Source of the DNA: a virus
DNA length: 64,000 nucleotides
Direction: 5' to 3' (one strand)
IMG/VR virus record: IMGVR_UViG_3300032252_000001
Location: 5,459-69,458 of that record
Positions 47,201 to 56,250 of this stretch are shown here, piece by piece (position 1 is the first letter of the stretch; the number at the start of each line of letters is the position of its first letter). The position numbers and the translations under genes are program-made. The notes beneath the pieces were generated by a model that had not been told where the DNA came from, made no database searches, and saw only the letters and a list, made by a program, of their open reading frames with translations.

Positions 47201-47464
47201 TTCATTGTCTTGCCACAAGTACAGCTTGGTATCTGTGGCGACCGCCGACCACATCTTGCCATCCAGCGAGGTCCAGTCTCTCAAGCGACGAGCTGTACCC
47301 ACAAACTGTGGCTCGATCTTGACCCAACCACCGATCTTCTCGGCAAGCCCCTTGCGAAAGCGCACCTTATCCATGGTGTACCAGCGCCCTTGAGCGCCAC
47401 GCTCGGACTGCTCAGTGTACTGGCCAGCACCAATCGGAAGGTCGAATATCTGCTTTTGCGTCAT
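44240..47464 (-). CDS. tail nozzle / DNA stabilisation protein with inserted lectin-like domains
   Basis: DKVRFRKGLAEKIGGW, WSLDTWGEDL, LIRWSSTED, EVWWFYPS, TRIRARQV motifs. Confidence 0.8.
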   Translation of the reverse strand: MTQKQIFDLPIGAGQYTEQSERGAQGRWYTMDKVRFRKGLAEKIGGWVKIEPQFVGTARRLRDWTSLDGKMWSAVATDTKLYLWQDNELFDITPLRRTVTLAAPFATTNGSNIVTVTDVAHGAQTGDYVTFSGAIAINGILIDGEYQVQAVLTNDTYQLVDDQTANADGSGGGGLSVLAEYQISPGEGSAITATGYGSGPYGAEAYGTARTGSNFVVGIRTWSLDTWGEDLLACPRGGAIYWWDRSGGTSNRATALGGDAPPINEYMIVSQRDRHIIALGAYDYFNNAEDPLLIRWSSTEDLNDWVPTSTNTAGDLRLYSGSKIVAGVRSRLETVIFTDVSVHTLPFVGGFDVFGLNIVGENVSILGPNAAVPIDHRVLFMAESDFYIYDGIVKVLPCDVRNLVYSNLNPQQRDKVYGGLNREFNEVWWFYPSYDTDAWVQTDFSLGLPPGYELANSSTLPVSLYDDVLFQADFEGSNGSTTYTEESSYAAAATFNGATQISTTSPILNTSSGDLGSAAATEYIEFPIQLADVPDWDGTGRFLTYEIIFRLDTLHTFGTKYVMQVGDSDFQLLNMGVYYSGGLYRLRAGFTNSGGLTPVVTLTQGVNYVVIVEGDYTAGAGNGVERVWFGPQAGTVSLIDTTTSLTAKDPTGVTREIRFGGSAGLFGTDATVDHVRITNSTTGRYGTASTVTIDDPYELTGGGGGPGDIGYTYAFESGGFTECVASADNNYEHDYFLINDEPILSPTESEYAVEIDVNPSNPPSVGRAGLCFLRTDLTGTGETDADDCQQLMFELNYNDNRVEIWKKTSAGVAAPTNQGSNTLDFTTLTGSAMVTGQKYVLTVQYDAPTLTAYVDGVQAFQFNLDATEQVQFASGTAGLHQAPGVNNDLYRFYNFAAGPVGVLTAADFDISPVEVNRYVLYNYEEGSWATGNLTRTAWADRSPLLEKPYAAGTDGYLYQHETGADDDGAAMQSYVESFDMEIPNAGEELMHIDQLIPDFLRLEGDVDVYLKGRKYPQATTQTVKGPYPVANGTRKISTRIRARQVAIRVESNDTGDKWRFGTWRGRAGAHGRRG

Positions 47465-48681
47465 TACGACAAGTCCTCATGGCTGACCTTAGCGTAAAAC
47501 GATTGCATGACTTCATCCGAGGTGCTAGTGGTTCCAACTATGTCTGCACGTCGAATCTCGAATAGCGCAGCTTTCGTTTGGTTCAGCACGCTCCAGTACC
47601 ATTGCCTGAGCGTGCTGATGTCAACCCATGTTCCCGGCACAGCTGCCTGAGTTGCAAAAGACCCATCGACATCGCCAGACAGGCCGCGCACCCGCACTTC
47701 ATAATTTGACCCGGTGCCTTCACCATTGGTCAGGTAGTAAACAGTGCTTGGTGACGTTGACTTGGTTGAGTTGATTTCTAATGTTGCGCCGGTTGATTGA
47801 AATGATATACCGATATTCCCAGCGGTTGCTGAGCTACCATCAAACGAGAAGAAGTTTGGAAGAACTAGCTTAGGTCTATTGAACTCACCAAGGATTCTGC
47901 CAGCTGCACGCAGCGCTGTTTCGCTGGCCACTCCGCTAAGGGTCGCAGCAGACACGCCATTGTAAGCATCACCAGCGTCACCGCCATTGCCACCGTAGTA
48001 GAAATACGACCCAAGAGAGCCGAATGAAGCTATGTTGGATGAGCGGCCTGTCTTGCCGCCCAATCCCCATGTGCCACCACCACCACCAGCGCCGTCAACA
48101 ATAGAGGTGCCACCACCAGCACCACCAGCACCAGCCGTTGAGATTGTGCCAGCTGTGCCAGCTACAGGTGCAGGCACACCAAGATATGGACCAACAGTGC
48201 CGCCAGCGCCGCCATTGAAGCCCTGACCGCCGCCACCGCCGCCACCAGCGTCACCACCAGTGCCGGTATCGGTGTATGCGCCACCACCACCGCCGCCGCC
48301 GCCACCAAACAGGTAGCCGTCATCAACATTGATGCTGACAGGGTAGGTGCCGAAATTCTTGATCCCTGCGGAGCCAGATGAGCCACTCCCACCTGCCTCA
48401 CCAGTCGCGCCAAAGTCAGCGCCACCGATGCCGCCATTGCCGCCAACACCAAGGATTCGGCCACCGTTAATAGCGATGAAGGAAAAGGTTGAGCCGATAG
48501 CAAAGCTGTTACTGATAATGATCTCGCCAGCATTGGCGGCATCAACAGTCAAGACAACTGCTTTTACGCCAGCAGGCGAACCAAGGTAGGTGTAGAGATC
48601 ACCGATATAAGTGTCAGAGGTGATCGTCTCTACGATGTCGGCTCCAGAGCCGGAAATGAGCGGCGATGGGATTCTCCACAT
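47464..48681 (-). CDS. glycine-rich tail adhesin-like protein
   Basis: Multiple G6-G9 runs and GxGGxGG repeats reminiscent of polyglycine adhesins. Confidence 0.65.
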   Translation of the reverse strand: MWRIPSPLISGSGADIVETITSDTYIGDLYTYLGSPAGVKAVVLTVDAANAGEIIISNSFAIGSTFSFIAINGGRILGVGGNGGIGGADFGATGEAGGSGSSGSAGIKNFGTYPVSINVDDGYLFGGGGGGGGGAYTDTGTGGDAGGGGGGGQGFNGGAGGTVGPYLGVPAPVAGTAGTISTAGAGGAGGGTSIVDGAGGGGGTWGLGGKTGRSSNIASFGSLGSYFYYGGNGGDAGDAYNGVSAATLSGVASETALRAAGRILGEFNRPKLVLPNFFSFDGSSATAGNIGISFQSTGATLEINSTKSTSPSTVYYLTNGEGTGSNYEVRVRGLSGDVDGSFATQAAVPGTWVDISTLRQWYWSVLNQTKAALFEIRRADIVGTTSTSDEVMQSFYAKVSHEDLS

Positions 48682-49538
48682 TACACATCAGCCACGTTTT
48701 TTAGTTGCGAAACAACCCATCTTGACCCAGAGAACGGCGCTGCCAGACCGGTGACATACTCGAATGCGAGATAGTCAACCTGACCTGCTGTCGTTGAAAG
48801 CGTTGGTGCTGTGCCACCAGCAGCAGCAAACGTCGATGAGGCAAAGCCAATCGAGTGCGGACCGCCACCGCCCTGCTGAACAGCGAGCGTGAACTGCTGT
48901 CCATTGGTTGCATTGGTGGGAGCGGCAATCGTGAAGGTCTCAGTGGTCAACAAGTAGAACGCATTACCCAGCGCACAGTTGATCGTCAATGTGCCAGCGC
49001 TTGTCGTTGACGCTACTCGCTGCGTCACCTGACCTGCGGTGAACGTCTGCGCGAGTGCCTTCTGTGCAAAGTCCGCACCAGCAACACCAATCAGTTGCTC
49101 TGCGTTTGTTGCAAGCGTTGCGGTGCCAGCCGTTACTGCGGTTGCCGCAGACGCAGCCAGCACATTAGTGCCATCACAGAAGACCCACTGCGCTTCGCCA
49201 GTAGCAATCGTTGGCCCCGTTCCTGTTGCCGTCCTCACCTCGATACTGTCATCGGATGTGTTTGACACCAGATAGGCTTTCGAGCGAGTGGGTACAACAA
49301 CATCCGTGGGTGCTGCTGAAGTGCCGCCGATATTGAGGATCATGGCACGAGCCTCGGATGTCGATCCATCAAGGTCGGTCAATGTGTACGTAGCTTCACC
49401 AACCAGCGTCACAGACGTTGTTGCAGCAACAGCATCTTCGAGCAGCTGCAATGCGCTGTCATTGAGAATGTCGCCCCACAAGTTCGCGTTCGTGTTGAAC
49501 TCTTGAAGGGTCAGCCTGAGAAGTGGTGATGTTGCCAT
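48681..49538 (-). CDS. proximal tail fibre protein
   Basis: LRLTLQ...WGDILN N-terminus; C-terminal TLSTTAGQVDYLAF module. Confidence 0.7.
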   Translation of the reverse strand: MATSPLLRLTLQEFNTNANLWGDILNDSALQLLEDAVAATTSVTLVGEATYTLTDLDGSTSEARAMILNIGGTSAAPTDVVVPTRSKAYLVSNTSDDSIEVRTATGTGPTIATGEAQWVFCDGTNVLAASAATAVTAGTATLATNAEQLIGVAGADFAQKALAQTFTAGQVTQRVASTTSAGTLTINCALGNAFYLLTTETFTIAAPTNATNGQQFTLAVQQGGGGPHSIGFASSTFAAAGGTAPTLSTTAGQVDYLAFEYVTGLAAPFSGSRWVVSQLKNVADV

Positions 49539-49541
49539 GTC

Positions 49542-50216
49542 TTACCTCTGATTCGTTGGCACCGCTGGAACTTCCAACGGGGTTAGATTGTATCGTTCTT
49601 GCAGCAGAGTGTAGGTCTCCCTCTTCGCTAATGGCAAAGCCTCAACGTAGTCAGTTTTCCACAGCTCTACACGATCATCTGACTTCAAAAACTTCTCGCT
49701 TTCAGCAAGGCAGGCTTTGAACAAAATGTCATCCATGTGCAGAGACAACCAATTTGTAGTGTTGGTTACTGAATCCAGCGGCTCTAGCCTCGTGGTGCCA
49801 CGTGTATTGACCGTGTAAATCGCATCAGGGATTGGTGCAAGCGCCCAGTTGTCCTGATCAATCTCCGCATAGTACTTTGGTATGCCGGTCGCTCCCGGCT
49901 GCTGGTAGTCTCGAACGAAGTCTGTTGAGCGAAGCTCCAGCCAATACCGCTGTGTTCCTGTACCCGGATCAAAGTCAAACCACAGCGACTGGAATGACAC
50001 AACCTCTGTGTCTGCCACTGGCTTTGCCAGCAGCTCATTCGATGCAACCGTGGGCGTTGCGCCTTCACTGGTAAAGATCGACAAGTCGAGATCACGCCAA
50101 AGCCGCATCTGACCGAGGTCAATAATCTCTGCAATACTGCCTTGAAACTCGCCGTCATCATCCTCAAGCCATGCCTGAAGGTTCGCCTCCAATTCTGCGT
50201 ATGTTTTATTGCTCAT
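49542..50216 (-). CDS. head-tail adaptor-type protein
   Basis: TYAEL...GIPKYYA...APIPD...TNWLS...ACLAE motifs. Confidence 0.75.
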   Translation of the reverse strand: MSNKTYAELEANLQAWLEDDDGEFQGSIAEIIDLGQMRLWRDLDLSIFTSEGATPTVASNELLAKPVADTEVVSFQSLWFDFDPGTGTQRYWLELRSTDFVRDYQQPGATGIPKYYAEIDQDNWALAPIPDAIYTVNTRGTTRLEPLDSVTNTTNWLSLHMDDILFKACLAESEKFLKSDDRVELWKTDYVEALPLAKRETYTLLQERYNLTPLEVPAVPTNQR

Positions 50217-50710
50217 CAGTCAAATATCCAGACCTGTGCCCCAGCGTTGACCGTCCCTGTGAAGGGTGTCGTAATTGGGATCGTGAACGATGGCGAGTCA
50301 GCTGTGCTGCGGATACGCGAGACGAAGTGACCTGCTTGAAGATTAACTGCCACCCACTGACCGATGATGTACGTTTGAGCATCTACCAGCACAAACTGCG
50401 TGTCACCCTCACTTGGTATGACAGCAAGCGTGGTCTTGAAGTCACCGCTTGGCCCTGATGGAACTGGCAGCGGCTGCTCAGCCTCTCCATAGTCAGCCTC
50501 GATGCTGATCTCCGGGGCAGGACGGTACAGCGCAACAGGATCGGTAACCGTAACCGGTATCTCCTGCGGATGCTTCGGCTCCCACCAGTCTGGATGCACC
50601 AGCAGACCTTCAATGTGGCCGTCCTCAACCAGATCGCGATAACGCATTTTCTGCCCTGAACGCTGACACTCAGCAACCGCATGGCGACCCTTGGCGTATT
50701 GACTCGTCAT
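50216..50710 (-). CDS. conserved virion-module protein with C-terminal extension
   Basis: YAKGRHAVAECQRSG...WEPKHPQ motif. Confidence 0.7.
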   Translation of the reverse strand: MTSQYAKGRHAVAECQRSGQKMRYRDLVEDGHIEGLLVHPDWWEPKHPQEIPVTVTDPVALYRPAPEISIEADYGEAEQPLPVPSGPSGDFKTTLAVIPSEGDTQFVLVDAQTYIIGQWVAVNLQAGHFVSRIRSTADSPSFTIPITTPFTGTVNAGAQVWIFD

Positions 50711-51435
50711 CGGTATGACCTCGAACTGCCACGCCTGCGCCGCTGACCTGAGCCGGGAACAAGACGAACATCACCGCGCTCGCGCACCGCATTCTGAGCG
50801 TCACGGAACTTCAGCTGCGCCTTCTGGTACAGCGTTCCTTCCAACTCTGGTGGTGAGTATTTCTCAGCGATCCTGAACGCCAGCTCAGCAGCAAACGCAT
50901 CCTGCATGTAGTAGTGGATGTCAGCCGTATCTGATGACGTGTCCGAGTCCTCGAACTTGCGTACCGCACTGAAGATAATCTGATCAGTGCTGTTCTCAGG
51001 AATGGTCCAGAAGTTCAGCGTGATGCCGTCTCGACCTTTATCGATGAAGACGCGATCAGGTCGGCCTTCCACGCTCTTGTCTGGGATGTTGAGGTATTCG
51101 TCCCGGCTCATCATTACCACCGGGGTGTCTACGCCATCGCGGCGCAACACAACATCAATGATGTCGATAATGTTCACGCCACCGACATCGAGATCGAAGT
51201 CTACGCCAGCCACATAGGTGCCCTGCGACTGAACCAGTGGCATCGTGTCCGTACGAATACGGAAATCGTGATAGTCCTTAGTCGCCCAGTCTGCACAAAG
51301 GAAGCGCATGGAGCGACGCGCAGATAGAATATGCCGCGCCGTAATATGCGCGGGGTCTATCCTTGCACGCTCCATGGCCTCATCGACAAGCTCAGCGAGT
51401 TCGGGATTAAAGAGGTACGTCCCTGATGTCGTCAT
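50707..51435 (-). CDS. head-tail connector (tail tubular A-like)
   Basis: MTTSGTY.F, SARRS, SRDEYLNIPDK...GRP motifs. Confidence 0.75.
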   Translation of the reverse strand: MTTSGTYLFNPELAELVDEAMERARIDPAHITARHILSARRSMRFLCADWATKDYHDFRIRTDTMPLVQSQGTYVAGVDFDLDVGGVNIIDIIDVVLRRDGVDTPVVMMSRDEYLNIPDKSVEGRPDRVFIDKGRDGITLNFWTIPENSTDQIIFSAVRKFEDSDTSSDTADIHYYMQDAFAAELAFRIAEKYSPPELEGTLYQKAQLKFRDAQNAVRERGDVRLVPGSGQRRRRGSSRSYR

Positions 51436-51439
51436 GAGC

Positions 51440-51808
51440 TTATCCTTGCGTTATCGCATAGCGTACCGAACCAGTGCCTGCGGTGATGTTGATGCGGACA
51501 GCGAAGACCGGAGCATCAGTAAGAGCAGCTCTCGCGCTCACAGCCCCACTCGCAATCAAGTTTGTCCAAACGGCAGAAGCCGGATCAACGTATCTGCTGG
51601 AATCCCGAGGTTGACGTAAGTTCACTGCGGCCTGAGCAGCAGTGTCATACATTATATTCTCAAGGGTCGTGTCCACCGTAAAGGTGACCGTACCAACGGC
51701 AACAACCTGCACATCCGTGTCGCTTTGAAATGCTTCGACAGGAATATAAGTTGCGCCAACACCAGCGACCGTCTCACCAGTAAAGGGGCGTCTACGGGAA
51801 TGTCCCAT
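51440..51808 (-). CDS. putative virion protein
   Basis: beta-rich; PVFAVRINITAGTGSV. Confidence 0.65.
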   Translation of the reverse strand: MGHSRRRPFTGETVAGVGATYIPVEAFQSDTDVQVVAVGTVTFTVDTTLENIMYDTAAQAAVNLRQPRDSSRYVDPASAVWTNLIASGAVSARAALTDAPVFAVRINITAGTGSVRYAITQG

Positions 51809-51819
51809 GTCTCACCTCC

Positions 51820-52254
51820 TTAGCTGTTGATCTTGCCGTCATCAGCAATGATGTAACTGACCAGTATGGTCGCGTTCAACGTACCAGCTACCAAGCCCAC
51901 ACCAGCTTCGATCTCGGTGTCAGCGGTCAACGCTACGCCAAGGTCTGCGCCTGTCTGAATTTCGGCTGGGGATGCTACGCCAGTGACCAGTTCATTGACG
52001 AGGCCAGCAGCGGTCCCACCAGCGAGCTGAACGTCCACTGTGTCTGTAGCGCCGCCCGAAATAGCAGCTACTGTTACGCCAAGCGGGATCGCCCCTGCTG
52101 GCAAATAAACGCCAGTACCTGCCATGGTCTGAGAGACCAAGAAAGTTGCACTAACGTATGTTTTGAATGTGCCGGGTGTGCCCTTGCCATTGCCGGAAGG
52201 GTTTGCCATGCCGCGTTGCCGAATGTATCCGGCGAATGTTGATCTCTTGCCCAT
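51820..52254 (-). CDS. putative capsid-associated/decoration protein
   Basis: Follows capsid gene; STFAG N-terminus, LPAGA motif. Confidence 0.6.
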   Translation of the reverse strand: MGKRSTFAGYIRQRGMANPSGNGKGTPGTFKTYVSATFLVSQTMAGTGVYLPAGAIPLGVTVAAISGGATDTVDVQLAGGTAAGLVNELVTGVASPAEIQTGADLGVALTADTEIEAGVGLVAGTLNATILVSYIIADDGKINS

Positions 52255-52292
52255 CTGTCTGTCTCCAGTCTCTTGCGAGTCGTCAGGGTGTT

Positions 52293-52321
52293 AAAAGACG
52301 GTGGGGTCCGAAGACCCCACC
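52293..52321 (-). terminator. intrinsic terminator after major capsid gene
   Basis: GGTGGGGTC-TTCG-GACCCCACC then GTCTTTT. Confidence 0.85.
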
Positions 52322-52332
52322 TTCTCGTGCCG

Positions 52333-53247
52333 TTAGGCGTTGCCGCTTGAGCCGAATGCTCCACGATAGTCAGACCAGCCAAACGAGTAGCGTTCACGCG
52401 CCTTGTAGCGCATGTTGCCTGTCTCAAAGTCACCTTCGAGACCACGTTGGATGTTCTTCCTGATCATGTGCTTCAGACCGTCCTGCTGATCCGTGATGAT
52501 GTACCACGCATTGGCATCCGTGAGACGGTGGTTCTTATAGCAACCACCCGGAAGCATCCCCATCTGCTTCATAGCGTTTACGTCATTGTCAGCCGTGCCG
52601 GGACGGTACGGGCTGGTCAACAGACGTTCGGCCACGAACATCAGATCGGGTGGAACGATCAGCTTCTGCGCACGTACTGCAATCGGAATGCTGCGCTCAT
52701 CGACAAACTTGCTGATTGCGATGAAGGCTTCCTCAAGGGAAGTCTCCGACAAGTCAGCCTGCGTCGTGAACGTGTTCGACTGCGTACCACCGCCGAAGAG
52801 CGGATGAGCCGTGCTGAACAATGCAACTCCATCACCACCGGGGAAACCAGCGGAGAAGCCGTTATTCAGAACTGCTGCACCTTTAACTTCTTTGGTGTGC
52901 TGCATCGAGCGAGCCAGCGCCTTGGAGTACTTGCTGCCGATAGAGCCGTAGAGGTTGTCTTCCTCTGCCTCTTCCGTCAGTGAGAACGCCAGAGCAATCG
53001 TCTCGTGGACGTAACGCGAGACGAATGCCTCACCACCGCTGTCGTATGACACCGGAGCGCCCTCTGGCTTAACAGGCGCACCTGCCAGACCAGCGAGCAA
53101 TACGTCTTCCTCGTATGCTTTGCTTGAGCTTTCGACTGCGAAAATAGGTCTCCATTCCTGCTCGTAACGCTTGTACTCCATTCCGAATACAGTGTTGAGA
53201 CCTTCCTGTAGCTGCTTTCTAAAGCGAGCGCGATTCATGATAGCCAT
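52333..53247 (-). CDS. major capsid protein
   Basis: 304 aa; GLNTVFG.EY, HETIALAF, GDGVALFS.AHP, DFETGNMRYKARERYSFGWSD. Confidence 0.9.
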   Translation of the reverse strand: MAIMNRARFRKQLQEGLNTVFGMEYKRYEQEWRPIFAVESSSKAYEEDVLLAGLAGAPVKPEGAPVSYDSGGEAFVSRYVHETIALAFSLTEEAEEDNLYGSIGSKYSKALARSMQHTKEVKGAAVLNNGFSAGFPGGDGVALFSTAHPLFGGGTQSNTFTTQADLSETSLEEAFIAISKFVDERSIPIAVRAQKLIVPPDLMFVAERLLTSPYRPGTADNDVNAMKQMGMLPGGCYKNHRLTDANAWYIITDQQDGLKHMIRKNIQRGLEGDFETGNMRYKARERYSFGWSDYRGAFGSSGNA

Positions 53248-53260
53248 TATTTACGCTCCT

Positions 53261-53851
53261 TTAGCTGTTATCAGCGCGGTAAGGGGTTTCGGTCAGCTGT
53301 ACGAGAACCCGTGGGTTGTCGGTGCTGATGTCAGCCGTGTAAATGCCACCCGGTGCTTCAGCCAGACTCAGTACTTGCAACTGAGCAGGGCCAGCGCCAA
53401 CGGTCGCGTTCAGCTGCATACCGGAGACACCCGTGGCTGCGTTACCTGCGACAGAAACGTCGAGGTCAGCGAAGCCACCGATCTCAGTATTAGCTAGAGC
53501 GCCATTGACTTGGATGGAGAAAACGATGTCCGGGTCGGTGTACACAAACGCCTCGGCAGGCTGCGCTCCGCTTGTCACGGTGCCTCCTACCCACTGGTTC
53601 GACCATACAACATCACCGTTCGCTGCAACGTACTGGCACCCGGCGAAAACGCCAAGTAAACCGCCACCCGCAGCAGCAACGTCGATGTTGTTTCCATTTA
53701 CTCCCGGCGTGGCATGAAGAATTATGCCGTCGCCTTGGAAGATACTGGAAGCCTCACCAGAGTCGATTGTGTAGCCACCCGAATATCGCACGATGCCACC
53801 ACGAAGGTGACGTACGGGAAGTAACCCGTTAGGTGCGTCGAGATTTGCCAT
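53261..53851 (-). CDS. capsid accessory / minor capsid protein
   Basis: MANLDAPNGL.PV, IFQGD, GVFAGCQY, DPDIVF.IQ; upstream of capsid gene. Confidence 0.7.
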   Translation of the reverse strand: MANLDAPNGLLPVRHLRGGIVRYSGGYTIDSGEASSIFQGDGIILHATPGVNGNNIDVAAAGGGLLGVFAGCQYVAANGDVVWSNQWVGGTVTSGAQPAEAFVYTDPDIVFSIQVNGALANTEIGGFADLDVSVAGNAATGVSGMQLNATVGAGPAQLQVLSLAEAPGGIYTADISTDNPRVLVQLTETPYRADNS

Positions 53852-53862
53852 TGAACATTACC

Positions 53863-54420
53863 TCAATCATCGTCAGCTACCCCGGCAGGTTGAACCCGCT
53901 GTGAAGGGTAGGACACCGATGTTTTATGGTTCTTCACAATCGGATGTCCAGCTATCTGGGATGACTCAAGGTCATGGTCAACGGATGCCATTTGCATGGC
54001 AGTGGCTTGCTCAATTGCGGCCCTGCGCTTCTCAAGAATCTCGGAGTCAATCTCCATCAAGATGAGATCATCCACCACGATCATCCCATTTTCCTTATCC
54101 GCAAAGTTGGCATAAATTCGCCACTCTTCAGGCAGCGTTTCAGGTTGGCGTGGTCGCCACCCTTCCCGCCACGTACGGTTCAGGTTTTTGGGATCAGCCG
54201 CACCTCGAACTGACTGCCTTACCCAACGCTGGGTTTTACCCTCTCGCGCTGGTGGGGCTTCCAGACTACTCGGTCGTAACCAAGCAGCCGGGTTTTCGAC
54301 GTGGGTGGCATCGTACTCCGACATCTCGTCCACACGAGACTCGTGTCCATGGTCTACGCCATGGGAAGTAACAGCGGGTTTCGGTGCTACTTTTTTCTGG
54401 GTCGTTTTCTTGGCAGGCAT
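53863..54420 (-). CDS. conserved head-module protein
   Basis: W.RPS.LEAPP.REG...RWVR...REGW. Confidence 0.7.
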   Translation of the reverse strand: MPAKKTTQKKVAPKPAVTSHGVDHGHESRVDEMSEYDATHVENPAAWLRPSSLEAPPAREGKTQRWVRQSVRGAADPKNLNRTWREGWRPRQPETLPEEWRIYANFADKENGMIVVDDLILMEIDSEILEKRRAAIEQATAMQMASVDHDLESSQIAGHPIVKNHKTSVSYPSQRVQPAGVADDD

Positions 54421-55427
54421 TATCTTGCTCCCGTAGATTCACGTTTGCTGCGAGCGTACTCTTTCAGAACTTCTGGATCGTTCGGATTGAGACCAAATCG
54501 CCGCATGTTTGCAAAATCACTCTCGCCAAGTTCAACCTTGCTCTTGCGCGACCGCTGGCGACCTGTTTCGGCTCCATCAACAGCTGCGACTGGTGACCTC
54601 GTAGGTCTGCGTCGTTGCCGTGACGAACCTTTGTCGGCATCGTCAAACAGGTTCGGTTCCTTTTCCTTGATACGCGCATCGAGTTCTTCAAAGTACTCGG
54701 GCGTGTTCGGATCAAAGCCGTCCTGTATCACTTCACGGTCGATGCGATTGGCAAGGCGCGTCTGGCGTTCAAAGCCTCGCGCACCGTACCAATCAGAGCG
54801 TTCTTCCATCCATTTCTCAGCCAAAGACTGATCATTGGATTCGCCATCAACTTTACCACTGAATGGTTGAAGATTGCCACTCTCTGGTAAATTCTGAAGC
54901 TCTAGCTCAGACTGTATCTTCTCAGCCTTGAAATCGGTCAACTCGGCAGTCAGTTTTACCTGATCCTTCGTGTTGCCCATCTCAACCGCTTGTTCAAGCG
55001 CTTGCAGAGTGCTTTCAATCTTTGCTTCAGCTTGTTCGACGTTCCTCTCCAAAGCCTCCTTGCTCAGATTGGACTGCCTGTCAGCGAGCTGTTGAGCCTG
55101 CGCCTTCCAGTAGTCTGCCTCCTGCTTCGCAGCCTTCTCGCTACGAGTCGCACGTTGAATACGTGCGCGAACCTTTTTCGAGTAATCGTCATCCTCGCTG
55201 CCACTACTTGCGTCATCGTCGTCATCAGAACTGTCTGGGGCAGAGTCTGCGCCACGCAATCCTGAAAACTCGATGCCGTCGTCGTCTCCGTCATCATCGG
55301 TCACCACTTGATCAGCAGGAACACGATTGATGCCGTCGTCTTTCGTGGCAGCGTCCAAATCGACCGTTACGGGTTCATCTTCTGTCACTCCGTGCAGGTC
55401 CTCAAAAACAATATCATCGTTCGGCAT
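54420..55427 (-). CDS. putative scaffolding protein
   Basis: Acidic N-terminus, YSKKVRARI, coiled coil, W...W.G, DP...EY.EELD.R. Confidence 0.75.
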   Translation of the reverse strand: MPNDDIVFEDLHGVTEDEPVTVDLDAATKDDGINRVPADQVVTDDDGDDDGIEFSGLRGADSAPDSSDDDDDASSGSEDDDYSKKVRARIQRATRSEKAAKQEADYWKAQAQQLADRQSNLSKEALERNVEQAEAKIESTLQALEQAVEMGNTKDQVKLTAELTDFKAEKIQSELELQNLPESGNLQPFSGKVDGESNDQSLAEKWMEERSDWYGARGFERQTRLANRIDREVIQDGFDPNTPEYFEELDARIKEKEPNLFDDADKGSSRQRRRPTRSPVAAVDGAETGRQRSRKSKVELGESDFANMRRFGLNPNDPEVLKEYARSKRESTGAR

Positions 55428-55439
55428 TATTCTACCCCT

Positions 55440-55838
55440 TTACAAATATGATCGGAACTGTGCGGGATCACTGATCACACCCATGATGCCGTCGTCGTTC
55501 ATGATCAAGAACTTGCTTCCGTTCTTCATTTTGATGCTCTGCCCACCATAGGTGCCGAACATGACCCAATCGCCAACCTTCGGCTTTGGCTCGATCTTCG
55601 ACAGGTCTATGCCTGAGCGAGTAATCGCCTTGAAGCACTGGTCGCCCATGGCCACGATCTGACCGACGTAGGTCAGCAGCTCTTCGGACTCCAGCGCCTC
55701 ATCAGCAATAGCAATCTTTGATTCGCCGTATGTTGCCTTTGGCCGGTAAGGCCGGATCAACACACGCCAGCCAACCGGTTGCAGTGGCACCTCTGCCTCT
55801 ATCTCAACAGCTGGCTTTTCAAATGCAACTTCAGTCAT
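55440..55838 (-). CDS. groES: phage GroES-like co-chaperonin
   Basis: PVGWRVLIRP, GQIVAMG, KVGDWVMFG.YGG, IMNDD.IMGVI. Confidence 0.88.
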   Translation of the reverse strand: MTEVAFEKPAVEIEAEVPLQPVGWRVLIRPYRPKATYGESKIAIADEALESEELLTYVGQIVAMGDQCFKAITRSGIDLSKIEPKPKVGDWVMFGTYGGQSIKMKNGSKFLIMNDDGIMGVISDPAQFRSYL

Positions 55839-56080
55839 GAGTCACCGCCCGGTGGTGTCATCGGCGGCAGGTCCTGCTGTTCTTCTTGCTCTTCCAGTTG
55901 CCGCAGCATGTTGTCAGCAAGCTCGCCTGCTGCCTCCATACCGGAAATCCATCCGGTGATGCGCTTGTATTCTTCCATGTCCTTGACTTGGCCCTTACCC
56001 AGCTGAATTGCCTTGTTTGCTGTGCTTTGAACAATGAGACTACGGAACTCTTTCACGAACTGTCTAAATGTTAGTTGCAT
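55835..56080 (-). CDS. small conserved head-module protein
   Basis: G.V.DMEEYKRITG.I.G motif; upstream of GroES. Confidence 0.7.
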   Translation of the reverse strand: MQLTFRQFVKEFRSLIVQSTANKAIQLGKGQVKDMEEYKRITGWISGMEAAGELADNMLRQLEEQEEQQDLPPMTPPGGDS

Positions 56081-56249
56081 TTTTCACTTTCCTTTTGGCT
56101 ACGCCTGCTAGTTTATCGAGCAGTGCTTGGTATGACATGCCAGCCTCCGTTGCGGAACGGGCAAATTGGCGAGGGGATACACCACGAACTCCACGTTTAC
56201 GTAAGAATTCGCGAGCTGCGCGAACGTCTGCTGGTTTGACGTTATCCAC
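56064..56249 (-). CDS. small basic hypothetical protein
   Basis: GTG start right after the portal stop. Confidence 0.5.
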   Translation of the reverse strand: MDNVKPADVRAAREFLRKRGVRGVSPRQFARSATEAGMSYQALLDKLAGVAKRKVKNATNI

Positions 56250-56250
56250 T

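Noticed and set aside
37671-49538. Diversity-generating retroelement targeting the tail fibres
   Set aside because: No reverse transcriptase in the window and no template/variable repeat pair with adenine-specific differences was noticed.
52255-52292. CTGACGA plus a GCAA-capped hairpin (minus strand) as a hammerhead ribozyme
   Set aside because: The required GAAA core and stems I and III are not evident; it is more likely a leader hairpin before the next RBS.
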